Shown in pieces: positions 1 through 8,673 of a stretch of DNA of 64,000 nt. The notes beneath the pieces were generated by a model, which was given only the letters and a program-made list of their open reading frames with translations, had not been told where the DNA came from and searched no databases. The stretch comes from an uncultured Alphaproteobacteria bacterium (GTDB taxonomy: Bacteria > Pseudomonadota > Alphaproteobacteria > RF32 > CAG-239), in the NCBI GenBank assembly GCA_944391335.1, contig CALXTF010000005.1, forward strand, positions 7,076 through 71,075, in the 5' to 3' direction. The translations under genes were made by a program, and so were the position numbers. Every line of letters begins with the position of its first letter. The stretch's first letter is position 1.

Positions 1-585
1 TATCAAGGAAAAATAGTTTTACAACAAGAGGGAGAAATACAACTCTATAACGCATGGGCAACCTTGGCGGTTGTAGAAGCTCTTGGGCTTCAAACAGAAA
101 TTGCCGCTTTTGTTCTTAAAGATTTTGGAATGCTGCCCGGACGAGGAAAACATTATCAATTGAAATTACCTCGAGGAGGTGCTTTTACGCTTATTGATGA
201 TAGTTATTCCGGACAACCCGAAGCCATGAAGTTTGCAATTAATGGATTAGATAAAATAGAAACGTCAGGACGTAAAATTGCTTTACTCGGGAAAATGGCA
301 GAACTCGGAAATACTTCCAACTCACGTCATGAGGAAATAGGAAAATTTTTAGCCGACAGCTCAATAGATATAGTTATTGGTGTTTGTCCGGAAATGAAAA
401 CTGCATTAGCACAACTTCGCGGCAATCAACAACAATATTATTTTGAAACAAAAGACGGCGTTGCTGAATTTTTAATAAATAATTTGTTGCAAAATAATGA
501 TATTTTACTTATAAAAGGTGCAAGATATTCTTCACATCTTTATGAAGTGGCCGAAACTTTAATGAAAGGTTTAGAAAAAGTATGA
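1..585 (+). CDS. murF: UDP-N-acetylmuramoyl-tripeptide--D-alanyl-D-alanine ligase, C-terminal part. The 5' end lies outside the window.
   Basis: Frame 1 is open from nt 1. '[17 protein letters not shown]' matches the Mur-ligase C-terminal 'IDDSYNANP' motif, and the 'GKMAELG' region is present. The stop overlaps the nrdR start (ATGA). Confidence 0.85.
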   Translation, partial: YQGKIVLQQEGEIQLYNAWATLAVVEALGLQTEIAAFVLKDFGMLPGRGKHYQLKLPRGGAFTLIDDSYSGQPEAMKFAINGLDKIETSGRKIALLGKMAELGNTSNSRHEEIGKFLADSSIDIVIGVCPEMKTALAQLRGNQQQYYFETKDGVAEFLINNLLQNNDILLIKGARYSSHLYEVAETLMKGLEKV

Positions 586-1073
586 AATGCCCGTTTTGCG
601 GTTGTTTGGATACACAAGTTAAAGATTCCCGTTTGGCTGAGGATAATACCTGTATTCGGCGGCGTCGTGAATGTCCAGAATGTGGTTCTCGTTTTACGAC
701 TTTTGAAAGAGTGCAGTTAAGAGAATTGACTGTGATTAAAAAAAACGGTGAAAAAGTCCGCTTTGATCGAGATAAATTAGAACGTTCGCTTCTCTTGGCT
801 GTGCGTAAAAGACCTGTTTCATCCGAACGAGTGGAAAAAATTGTGACATCTATTCAACGACGTTTGGAAAGCTCAGGAGAAACAGAAATTCCTTCTGAAG
901 TTATTGGTGAATATGCAATGCAGGCGTTGGCTCATCTTGATAATGTGGCTTATGTTCGTTTCGCCTCTGTTTATAAGGATTTTTCTGAAGTAAGCGATTT
1001 TGAAGAGTTCGTCGCTAAAATTGATGAAATGGCAAAAGCAAAAGATAAAAATACGGAAAAAGAAAAGGATTAA
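582..1073 (+). CDS. nrdR: Transcriptional repressor NrdR
   Basis: N-terminal zinc ribbon 'MKCPFCG...[12 protein letters not shown]' followed by an ATP-cone region. Typical length (163 aa). Confidence 0.95.
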   Translation: MKCPFCGCLDTQVKDSRLAEDNTCIRRRRECPECGSRFTTFERVQLRELTVIKKNGEKVRFDRDKLERSLLLAVRKRPVSSERVEKIVTSIQRRLESSGETEIPSEVIGEYAMQALAHLDNVAYVRFASVYKDFSEVSDFEEFVAKIDEMAKAKDKNTEKEKD

Positions 1074-1078
1074 ATTTG

Positions 1079-1603
1079 ATGGCTAAATTTGTTTCTGAAA
1101 AAATCAGAATGAAAACAGCTTCTCGATTGGCAGCTGTGCAGGCAACTTATATGTCGGCTTATAATCAAACGCCCGTGGATGAAGTTATTCTCGAATTTTT
1201 AAATGGCGAAGTGGGACGGGTGTTAATTGCAGATAATCCAGCAACCGGAAATGAAGAGTTTTATGAAGCAGAACCTATTGATAAACCTTATTTCGAAAAA
1301 TTGGTACGCGGTGTGCATACTTATAAAGAACAATTGGAAAAATCACTCAATTCATTCTTAAATTCCGGTTGGTCTTTTGAACGTTTAGATAATACACTAC
1401 AAGCTTTGCTTCTTTGCGCTGTTTATGAAATTACAAATACTCTTGATGTCGATGTAAAAGTTTTAATTCAAGAATATGTTGATTTGGCTTATGCTTTTTT
1501 TTCTAAAAATGAACCTAAAATGGTAAATGCTCTGCTTGATCAAATAGCAAAAGAGGTGCGAATAGGAGAAAAAATAAATCATGACCAAAATGAAAATATT
1601 TGA
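1079..1603 (+). CDS. nusB: Transcription antitermination factor NusB
   Basis: 'ASRLAAVQATYM' N-terminus and helical NusB-like length. I prefer the ATG at 1079 over the TTG at 1076. Confidence 0.85.
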   Translation: MAKFVSEKIRMKTASRLAAVQATYMSAYNQTPVDEVILEFLNGEVGRVLIADNPATGNEEFYEAEPIDKPYFEKLVRGVHTYKEQLEKSLNSFLNSGWSFERLDNTLQALLLCAVYEITNTLDVDVKVLIQEYVDLAYAFFSKNEPKMVNALLDQIAKEVRIGEKINHDQNENI

Positions 1604-2105
1604 ATATCCGGATCCAATATTAAAACAAAAATCACAACCGGTAGAAATTGTAGATGACAAGATTCGCCGTTTGTTAGATGATATGTTGGAAACAATGTAT
1701 GCTGCGGCTGGTGTGGGGTTAGCCGCCCCGCAAGTCGGAATATTGAAGCGAATGGTCGTGATTGATACGCATGATGAACAAGAAAAGCAAACACCTCACC
1801 CTTTGTTTTTAGTAAATCCGGAAATTGTATCTTATTCACAAGAACAAATATGCCATGATGAAGGATGTTTATCTGTTCCGGAACAACATGCGGAAGTTAT
1901 GCGTTATTCAACAGTTAAAGTTCAATATCTCGATTATTATGGAGAAAAACAGGAAATTGAAGCAGATGGACTTTTGGCTATAGCTTTACAACATGAAATA
2001 GATCATTTGGATGGAATCTTATATATTGATAGAATCAGCCGTTTAAAACGACAAATGCTTCTAAAAAAATTGCAAAAACTGCGTATGGAGGAAAAAGAAT
2101 TATGA
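1581..2105 (+). CDS. def: Peptide deformylase
   Basis: All three deformylase motifs are present: 'GVGLAAPQVG', 'EGCLSVP', 'HEIDHLDG'. AGGAGA lies 11 nt upstream of the ATG at 1581. Confidence 0.95.
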   Translation: MTKMKIFEYPDPILKQKSQPVEIVDDKIRRLLDDMLETMYAAAGVGLAAPQVGILKRMVVIDTHDEQEKQTPHPLFLVNPEIVSYSQEQICHDEGCLSVPEQHAEVMRYSTVKVQYLDYYGEKQEIEADGLLAIALQHEIDHLDGILYIDRISRLKRQMLLKKLQKLRMEEKEL

Positions 2106-2992
2106 AAATCGTCTTTATGGGAACACCGGATTTTGCAATTCCTTCTCTTGAAAAGTTAAAACAAGAACATGAAATTATTGCCGTCTATACGCGGGAGCCT
2201 AAAATTGCCGGTCGGGGAAATAAAATATTAAAAACACCGGTTCATTTGTGGGCAGAACAACATAATATCCCTGTTCATACACCTAAAACATTGCGTTTAA
2301 TAGAAGAACAAAATAAATTTTCTGCCTTAAAAGCAGATATCGCCGTTGTCGCAGCTTATGGATTAATCTTGCCACGACCTATATTAACAGCATTTCCATA
2401 TGGTTGTGTTAATATACACGGCTCTTTGCTTCCTCGTTGGCGGGGAGCCGCTCCAATTGAACGAGCAATCGAAGCCGGAGACGAAAAAACGGGAATTACA
2501 ATTATGAAAATGGACGAGGGACTTGATACCGGAGATATGCTACTTAAAGAAGAAGTTAAAATCTCAGATGATACAACAGGTGAAAGTTTACGTCAAAAAT
2601 TATCAGTGATTGGAGCCGATTTAATCGCAGAAGCTTTACGCAATTGGAAATATTTAACAGCTCAAAAACAAAATGATGATTATTCATGTTATGCGGCAAG
2701 AATTGAAAAACAAGAAAGTTCGCTTGATTTTAATATATCAGCTTGTGCTTTGGAAAGAAAAATTCGTGCATTTAATCCTTATCCTGGAATTTATTTTGAA
2801 CATAAAGGTGAGCGTTTTAAAATATGGCGCGCCGTTGTGACAGAAGAAAAAATTCCCGTAGGAACAATTACTTGTCGAAATAACCGCTTGTATATAGGTT
2901 GTATGGATAAAGCTCTTGAAATTATAGAAATTCAAAGACAAGGTAAAAAAGTAATGAATACTGTTGAGTTACTTCGAGGGTATAATTTCTAA
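2102..2992 (+). CDS. fmt: Methionyl-tRNA formyltransferase
   Basis: 'MKIVFMGTPDFAIPSL', 'NIHGSLLPRWRGAAPI' and a C-terminal Fmt domain. ATGA overlap with def. Confidence 0.95.
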   Translation: MKIVFMGTPDFAIPSLEKLKQEHEIIAVYTREPKIAGRGNKILKTPVHLWAEQHNIPVHTPKTLRLIEEQNKFSALKADIAVVAAYGLILPRPILTAFPYGCVNIHGSLLPRWRGAAPIERAIEAGDEKTGITIMKMDEGLDTGDMLLKEEVKISDDTTGESLRQKLSVIGADLIAEALRNWKYLTAQKQNDDYSCYAARIEKQESSLDFNISACALERKIRAFNPYPGIYFEHKGERFKIWRAVVTEEKIPVGTITCRNNRLYIGCMDKALEIIEIQRQGKKVMNTVELLRGYNF

Positions 2993-2994
2993 TT

Positions 2995-3330
2995 ATGTCA
3001 GATAATCATCCGTCGCAAAGAAATAATGTTTTAAAAATAGAAAAACCGCACTATAAAAAAATTATAATTTTTATTGTAGGGTGGTTTACTGTGCCATTTC
3101 TAACCGGAGGAGTTTGGTATGATCTGTTCGGAGGTTTGAGCCTTTCGCAAATTTGGCAGCGAATACTTCATCCTCGGGAATTAATAGATGCTTTAGGTGT
3201 TTATACCATAGCGTTTATCGCTTTTAATTATTTACCCCAAAAAATAACTAATGCTTCTTGGGGTAAAAAAATTTTTTATTTCTTAATTTTTTATTTCTTA
3301 CTTTGTCGTCTGGTCGATTTTATATTTTAG
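2995..3330 (+). CDS. Hypothetical small membrane protein
   Basis: 111-aa ORF with 3 hydrophobic segments, packed tightly after fmt. No recognisable family. Confidence 0.45.
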   Translation: MSDNHPSQRNNVLKIEKPHYKKIIIFIVGWFTVPFLTGGVWYDLFGGLSLSQIWQRILHPRELIDALGVYTIAFIAFNYLPQKITNASWGKKIFYFLIFYFLLCRLVDFIF

Positions 3331-3417
3331 TACTTTTTTATTTTAATGTTGACAAAACATTTTGAAAGAATTAAAAATATTCTAAATCAATTTTTATTAT
3401 TAATTAATACTTATATT

Positions 3418-3819
3418 ATGAAAAATTATTCTGGATTAAATTTAAGCGTTATTCGTCAACGTGGTTGTTGTATTAAGCCATTAGCGGAAAAAGATGGTTG
3501 TTTGTATTTTATTCAAGAAAGTGATCTGTGCCTTCCGATTGAACAACCGGTTAAAGTTTTGAAAGCAAATGGAATACAAGAACTTGGCGAAAGTCAGTAT
3601 GTCGGTCAAACTTATGCCGATGTTTTACAGCAACTTCCGGAAGCCTATGAGCATAAAGCTTCTGCTTTCTTGGTGCTGAGTGATAATACTGTAAAGTGGT
3701 TTACGGGATTGTTGCCGGAAGTCATGTACGCGCAGAATTTTATCATCAACGGTCAAATACATACACCGGCCAGAGCTTATCGTTATCGAGGGCCAAAATT
3801 AGTGCCTATTGATGATTGA
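3418..3819 (+). CDS. Hypothetical protein
   Basis: The ORF runs 3346..3819. The internal ATG at 3418 (MKNYSG...) is the more likely start. It is followed by a clean terminator. No family recognised. Confidence 0.4.
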   Translation: MKNYSGLNLSVIRQRGCCIKPLAEKDGCLYFIQESDLCLPIEQPVKVLKANGIQELGESQYVGQTYADVLQQLPEAYEHKASAFLVLSDNTVKWFTGLLPEVMYAQNFIINGQIHTPARAYRYRGPKLVPIDD

Positions 3820-3832
3820 TGCGTCAATATAT

Positions 3833-3856
3833 AAGGAGCCATAGGCTCCTTTTTTT
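3833..3856 (+). terminator. Rho-independent terminator
   Basis: AAGGAGCC (3833-3840) pairs with GGCTCCTT (3844-3851) around a 3-nt loop. The T-run extends to 3856. Confidence 0.7.
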
Positions 3857-3928
3857 GTTGATAGTGTTCTTGATTTTTTTTGCAAAAAAGTATTTAATAA
3901 ATTATAAAATCAATAAAGGAGATGAATT

Positions 3929-4570
3929 ATGCAAAAATCTATATGTTGTTTGTTTTTAAGCTTATCGTTGCTTGTAGGTTGCGCCACAGATCCGTATACG
4001 GGGGAAAGTAAGGTTTCTAAAACAGCTATAGGAACAGGAATTGGAGCTGCCGTTGGAGCAGGCGTCGGAGCCTTGATTAATGGCGAAAAAGGCGCATTAA
4101 TCGGTGCGGGGTTGGGAGCTTTAGGCGGAGCGGCAACAGGCGGATATATGGATATACAAGCACAAAAATTACGTCAAGAATTGGTTGGAACCGGAGTACA
4201 AGTGGCAGAATTGGATAATAATCAAGTCCAACTTATAATGCCGAGTAATATTCTTTTTGATTTTGATTCTTCCGTATTTAAAACAAATTTTAATCAAACA
4301 CTTGATTCGGTGTCAAAGGTTCTTAAAGAATATGATAAAACACATATCATAATCGCCGGTTATACAGACAATATTGGTTCAGAAAGTTATAACAATAAAC
4401 TTTCACTAAAACGTGCGCAAGCTGTTTCCGATTATTTGGTGCTACGAGGTATATCACCGGCAAGAATTAGTGTTTATGGATATGGTTCACAATATCCAAT
4501 TGCTTCAAATAATACAGAAGCCGGTCGTTCCCAAAATCGCCGCGTCACAATCACTTTGCAGCAAATTTGA
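3929..4570 (+). CDS. OmpA-family lipoprotein with a glycine-zipper segment and an OmpA C-terminal peptidoglycan-binding domain
   Basis: Lipobox 'LLVGC'. Gly-rich 'GIGAAVGAGVGALINGEKGALIGAGLGALGG'. OmpA_C motifs 'FDFDSS', 'GYTDNIGS..YN..LS..RA..V' and 'NRRVTITL'. AAAGGAG ribosome-binding site. Confidence 0.85.
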   Translation: MQKSICCLFLSLSLLVGCATDPYTGESKVSKTAIGTGIGAAVGAGVGALINGEKGALIGAGLGALGGAATGGYMDIQAQKLRQELVGTGVQVAELDNNQVQLIMPSNILFDFDSSVFKTNFNQTLDSVSKVLKEYDKTHIIIAGYTDNIGSESYNNKLSLKRAQAVSDYLVLRGISPARISVYGYGSQYPIASNNTEAGRSQNRRVTITLQQI

Positions 4571-4595
4571 TTTATGAAGTTTTGTGCTTTTAATT

Positions 4596-4624
4596 AAAAA
4601 TCCCAAATTATTTGGGATTTTTTT
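4596..4624 (+). terminator. Rho-independent terminator
   Basis: AAAAATCCCAAA (4596-4607) pairs with TTTGGGATTTTT (4611-4622), followed by a T-tail. Confidence 0.7.
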
Positions 4625-4672
4625 AAATCACATTACACAAAATTTAAATATTAAAAAAAATTTTTATTTTGC

Positions 4673-4700
4673 TTGACAGTGCTTTTTTATTGAATATATT
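4673..4700 (+). promoter_or_regulatory. Near-consensus sigma70-type promoter upstream of ffh
   Basis: TTGACA (4673-4678), a 16-nt spacer, then TATATT (4695-4700). It sits about 100 nt upstream of the ffh ATG. Confidence 0.45.
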
Positions 4701-4804
4701 AATCCCTAAATTCAATGAATTTTCATTGTCAATATACACTCCAAGGAGTGACGCCAGTCAGCGAGGGTTCGCACACTGGCGCGTAAGGGTTTAAAGGTAA
4801 TAAT

Positions 4805-6184
4805 ATGTTTGAAAGTTTGACAGATAAACTCAGTAATGTCTTTTCTAAAATAACCTCACGCGGGGTTCTAAATGAAACAGATATCAATGAAGCAATGAGA
4901 GAAATTAGAATTGCCCTACTGGAAGCTGATGTTTCTCTGCCGGTCGCAAAAGATTTTATCTCACACGTGAAAGAAAAAGCTTGCGGCGAAAAATTAATTC
5001 GCTCAATACAACCAGGACAATTAGTGGTTAAAATTGTTCATGACGAATTGGTTAAACTACTTGAGGCAGAAAATGATCAATTAAATACAAATGTCGTTCC
5101 GCCAATGGTGATTTTAATGGCAGGTCTGCAAGGTTCAGGTAAAACAACAAGTGCAGCTAAATTGGCATATAAATTAGGAAAAAAACAAAAAGTCCTCCTT
5201 GCTTCACTCGATGTCTATCGACCAGCAGCCCAAGAACAACTGCAACAACTCTGTAAACAAATAAATGGTTCTTGCCTGCCTATTGTTCCTCATGAAAAAC
5301 CTCTCGAAATTACTCGACGAGCCCTTAATGATGCTAAAAAAGGTGGTTTCGATATCCTTATCTTGGATACAGCAGGAAGACTGCATATCGATGATACGTT
5401 AATGGAAGAATTAAAATCTGTTAAAGAATTAGCTAAACCTGCAGAAATACTTTTGGTGTCAGACGCATTAATCGGGCAAGACGCTTGTCAAGTTGCTAAG
5501 GAATTTAATGAAAAACTCGGTATAACCGGTATCATCCTTACCCGTGCCGATGGTTCATCTCGTGCCGGCGCAGCTCTCTCTATGAAAGCAATAACAGGTG
5601 TGCCGATTAAATTTCTTGGTACAGGAGAAAAAATCGATGAAATAGAAGAATTTCACGCAGATCGAATAGCAAGTCGTATTCTTGGGCAAGGAGATGTCGT
5701 ATCACTAGTCGAAAAAGCTATTGAAACAACCGATCGTCAGGAAGCAGATAAATTGGCCCATAAAATGATGAAAGGAAAATTCGATTTGGAAGATTTACTT
5801 TCTCAACTCAGACAAATACAAAAATTAGGCAGTTTGGGCAATATTATGGGAATGATCCCAGGTCTGTCAAAGTTTAAAAATCAGATTGCAGATGCCGGTA
5901 TCGGTGATAATCTGATAAAAAAACAAGAAGCAATTATTCTTTCAATGACAAAAACAGAAAGAAAAAATCCAGACATCATTAAAGCCTCGCGAAAAAAAAG
6001 AATCGCAGCAGGTTCAGGTGTCGAAGTTCATGATGTCAATAAATTACTAAAACAATATCAGCAAATGGCATCAATGATGAAACAAATTGGCAAAGGCGGT
6101 GGATTAGCTAACCTTAGTTCAATGATGAAAAATACTCCTTTGGAAAAATTTTCTAAAGGATTTGGAAGTAAGTTTCCTTTTTAA
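4805..6184 (+). CDS. ffh: Signal recognition particle protein Ffh
   Basis: 'GLQGSGKTTSAAKLA', 'DTAGRL', 'TRADG' and a Met-rich M domain. Confidence 0.97.
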   Translation: MFESLTDKLSNVFSKITSRGVLNETDINEAMREIRIALLEADVSLPVAKDFISHVKEKACGEKLIRSIQPGQLVVKIVHDELVKLLEAENDQLNTNVVPPMVILMAGLQGSGKTTSAAKLAYKLGKKQKVLLASLDVYRPAAQEQLQQLCKQINGSCLPIVPHEKPLEITRRALNDAKKGGFDILILDTAGRLHIDDTLMEELKSVKELAKPAEILLVSDALIGQDACQVAKEFNEKLGITGIILTRADGSSRAGAALSMKAITGVPIKFLGTGEKIDEIEEFHADRIASRILGQGDVVSLVEKAIETTDRQEADKLAHKMMKGKFDLEDLLSQLRQIQKLGSLGNIMGMIPGLSKFKNQIADAGIGDNLIKKQEAIILSMTKTERKNPDIIKASRKKRIAAGSGVEVHDVNKLLKQYQQMASMMKQIGKGGGLANLSSMMKNTPLEKFSKGFGSKFPF

Positions 6185-6239
6185 GCCATAAATAAGGAAA
6201 TTTTAGTTAATAACAAAAAATTAAAGAAAGGAATAAAAA

Positions 6240-6599
6240 ATGGCAGTTCGTATTAGATTATCTCGCGGTGGTTCTAAAAAACGTCCGTTCTATCACATCG
6301 TAGCGGCTGATCAAAGAGCTCCGCGTGATGGAAGATTTATTGAAAAACTCGGTACATATAATCCTTTGTTGCCTCAAGATCATCAACAAAGATTGGTTAT
6401 TAACGAAGAAAGAGTTAAATATTGGATCGGTGTCGGCGCACAACCAACAGAACGTTTGGCTAAAATGTTCTCTAATCTCGGTCTGGTTAAAGCTCCCGTC
6501 CTGCGTGATCAACCCAAAAAATCAATGCCAAAAGCAAAAGCTCAAGAAAGAATGAAAGAAAAAGAAGCTGCCGCTCAAGCTGCCGCTCAAACTGAATAA
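6240..6599 (+). CDS. rpsP: 30S ribosomal protein S16, with a Lys/Ala-rich C-terminal extension
   Basis: '[21 protein letters not shown]' canonical S16 N-terminus. Confidence 0.95.
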   Translation: MAVRIRLSRGGSKKRPFYHIVAADQRAPRDGRFIEKLGTYNPLLPQDHQQRLVINEERVKYWIGVGAQPTERLAKMFSNLGLVKAPVLRDQPKKSMPKAKAQERMKEKEAAAQAAAQTE

Positions 6600-6623
6600 T
6601 TTTTTCAACGAGAGGAACGGATC

Positions 6624-7151
6624 TTGATAGATAAAATTTGTGTTGGTGAAATTGTCGGTGTCCATGGAATAAAAGGTGAGGTTAAAGTTAAAAGTTTTAC
6701 TGAAATAGACCGTAATCTCGAATCCTACGGAATACTTAGCGATCAATATCAACATCAACTGGAAATCAAAATTACAGGACATTCTAAAGAATTACTGCGT
6801 GTGAAAATAAAAGGAATCGACGATCGAAATAAAGCTAAAGAATTTATTGGCTGTCGCCTCTATGCCGCACGAAATGCCCTGCCTGAATTGAAATCCAAAG
6901 ATGAATTTTATCAAGCCGACTTAATCGGTCTAAATGTTCGTTTGGAAAATGGTCAAAATGTGGGTGAAGTGGTCGGAATATATAATTTCGGCGCCGGCGA
7001 AATCTTAGAACTCAAAATTTCCGCCGATAACCATAAGGAAATGATCCCTTTTACTCATGAATATGTTCCGGAAATTAATATTAATGATGGTTATATTATT
7101 GTTCATTCGGTTTCGATGATCTTTGATAGGGATGATGACTTTGTTATTTAA
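6624..7151 (+). CDS. rimM: 16S rRNA processing protein RimM
   Basis: 'VGEIVGVHGIKGEVKV' N-terminal barrel, a PRC-like C-terminus, and its position in the rpsP-rimM-trmD-rplS operon. TTG start with GAGGAA upstream. Confidence 0.9.
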   Translation: MIDKICVGEIVGVHGIKGEVKVKSFTEIDRNLESYGILSDQYQHQLEIKITGHSKELLRVKIKGIDDRNKAKEFIGCRLYAARNALPELKSKDEFYQADLIGLNVRLENGQNVGEVVGIYNFGAGEILELKISADNHKEMIPFTHEYVPEININDGYIIVHSVSMIFDRDDDFVI

Positions 7152-7830
7152 TATCTATACAATTTTTCCCGAAATCTTTCCTGGATTTTTAGGCTGTTCC
7201 TTAACCGGAAAAGCCCTAACAGAAGGAATATGGTCATATAAAACTATTAATATCCGCGATTACGCATTTGATAAACACGCTTCAGTTGATGATACTCCAT
7301 GTGGCGGAGGTGCCGGTATGATTATGAGAGCTGATGTTCTCGGTCAGGCTCTCAGGGCTAATTATAAAAATGGACCTCTCTTGGCTATGAGCCCTAAAGG
7401 AAAACCTCTAACTCAACAACAGGTTCATGAACTGAGCAAAAATAATGAAATCAGCGTTATATGCGGACGTTTTGAAGGTATAGATGAACGAGTAATTGAG
7501 GCTTATGAAATTGAAGAAGTCAGTATAGGTGATTATATCTTAACCGGAGGCGAACAAGCTGCACAAATAATGTTCGATGCAATTATTCGTCTTTTACCAG
7601 GGGTTTTGGGTAATAATCAATCTCTTGAAAATGAAAGCTTCGAATTCGGGCTATTGGAATACCCTCAATATACAAGACCAATCGAATGGCAAGGAAAACG
7701 CGTGCCTGATGTACTACTGAGCGGACATCATAAAAAAATAGAAGAATGGCGTAAACAGCAAGCCTTAAAAATAACAGCTGAGCGGCGTCCGGATTTGTTG
7801 AAAAAATATCTTGACTCTAAAAGGGTTTAG
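7132..7830 (+). CDS. trmD: tRNA (guanine37-N1)-methyltransferase TrmD
   Basis: 'IYTIFPEIFPG', 'DDTPCGGGAGM', 'CGRFEGIDERV', 'SIGDYILTGGE'. The start is ambiguous (7123 TTG, 7132 ATG or 7135 ATG). Confidence 0.93.
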   Translation: MMTLLFNIYTIFPEIFPGFLGCSLTGKALTEGIWSYKTINIRDYAFDKHASVDDTPCGGGAGMIMRADVLGQALRANYKNGPLLAMSPKGKPLTQQQVHELSKNNEISVICGRFEGIDERVIEAYEIEEVSIGDYILTGGEQAAQIMFDAIIRLLPGVLGNNQSLENESFEFGLLEYPQYTRPIEWQGKRVPDVLLSGHHKKIEEWRKQQALKITAERRPDLLKKYLDSKRV

Positions 7831-7871
7831 GCATAAAAATTAACAAAATATTTTAAGCAAAGGTAATAGTA

Positions 7872-8276
7872 ATGAATATATTAGAACAAGTTGAAAAAGA
7901 GCAAATAGAAAAACTCTGCGAAGGAAAGGATCTCCCAACATTTAAACCAGGTGATACCTTAAAGGTTCATACTAAGGTTAAAGAAGGTGATCGTGAACGT
8001 ATTCAGGTTTATGAAGGCGTTTGTATTGCACGTAAAAATGATGGATTAAATTCTTCTTTTACCGTTAGAAAAATTTCTTTCGGTGAAGGCGTCGAACGTG
8101 TATTCCCCTTATATTCTCCAAATATCGCAAAAATTGAAGTTTCTCGTATCGGTCGTGTGCGTCGTGCAAAACTTTATTTCTTACGCGCTTTACGCGGTCG
8201 TTCGGCTCGTATTGCTGATGATTTACGCGCAGCTCAAAAAGCAAAAGATATTCTGGCAGAAACAGGAGAAAAATAA
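7872..8276 (+). CDS. rplS: 50S ribosomal protein L19
   Basis: '[33 protein letters not shown]' is a canonical L19 sequence. Confidence 0.95.
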   Translation: MNILEQVEKEQIEKLCEGKDLPTFKPGDTLKVHTKVKEGDRERIQVYEGVCIARKNDGLNSSFTVRKISFGEGVERVFPLYSPNIAKIEVSRIGRVRRAKLYFLRALRGRSARIADDLRAAQKAKDILAETGEK

Positions 8277-8296
8277 ATCTTTGATATTGTTATAAT

Positions 8297-8335
8297 AAAA
8301 AATCTCTTCTATTTATATAGAAGAGATTTTTTTTG
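8297..8335. terminator. Rho-independent terminator, usable in both directions
   Basis: 12-bp perfect stem, 8301-8312 with 8317-8328, and a TTAT loop. An A-run lies upstream and a T-run downstream. Confidence 0.75.
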
Positions 8336-8470
8336 ATTTAATCTGTCTTCATGAGCAGGTGATCGTGTCTATATAAGTTAAAGCTTATGGTTGGTGAAGT
8401 TTTTTTAAAAGGGGTAAAACAAAAGTTTAATGAGCGAAAAAAAGTTTGTTTTTGACTTTAAGAGAAAAAT

Positions 8471-8671
8471 TTATTCATCATTAGTTAATTCTTGTGTTTT
8501 AAGGCCTTCATCCGCATCATCACTTTCTTGACTTTCTATATGATAAGCTTCATTAAACCAATTTCCAAGATCTATATCGGCACATCGCTTTGAACAAAAA
8601 GGACGGTATTGTCCTAGTGGAACAATTTTTCCGCAAATAGGGCATCGACAAGTCTTTATAACTTCTCCCAT
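8471..8671 (-). CDS. yacG: DNA gyrase inhibitor YacG (zinc-binding)
   Basis: 'CPICGK...RPFCSKRCADIDLGNWF' matches the YacG zinc-finger signature. I prefer the ATG at 8671, which has AGGGAG upstream and sits just after the rng stop. Confidence 0.85.
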   Translation of the reverse strand: MGEVIKTCRCPICGKIVPLGQYRPFCSKRCADIDLGNWFNEAYHIESQESDDADEGLKTQELTNDE

Positions 8672-8673
8672 TA

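Noticed and set aside
1463-1839. Minus-strand ORFs 1463..1660 and 1579..1839 overlapping nusB and def.
   Set aside because: They lie antisense to two well-supported conserved genes, and their translations have no features.
4700-4804. Possibility that the structured GC-rich element upstream of ffh is the SRP (4.5S) RNA gene.
   Set aside because: I could not find the conserved domain IV features: a GNRA tetraloop flanked by the symmetric and asymmetric loop sequences, for example GGAA with AGCAGC. The loop here is GGGT. The putative 5' and 3' ends do not pair into a long helix, and no terminator follows. I kept it only as an unexplained leader structure.
6325-6782. ORFs 6325..6555 (+, alternative frame of rpsP) and 6522..6782 (-).
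   Set aside because: They overlap rpsP and rimM, which are unambiguous. There is no independent support for them.
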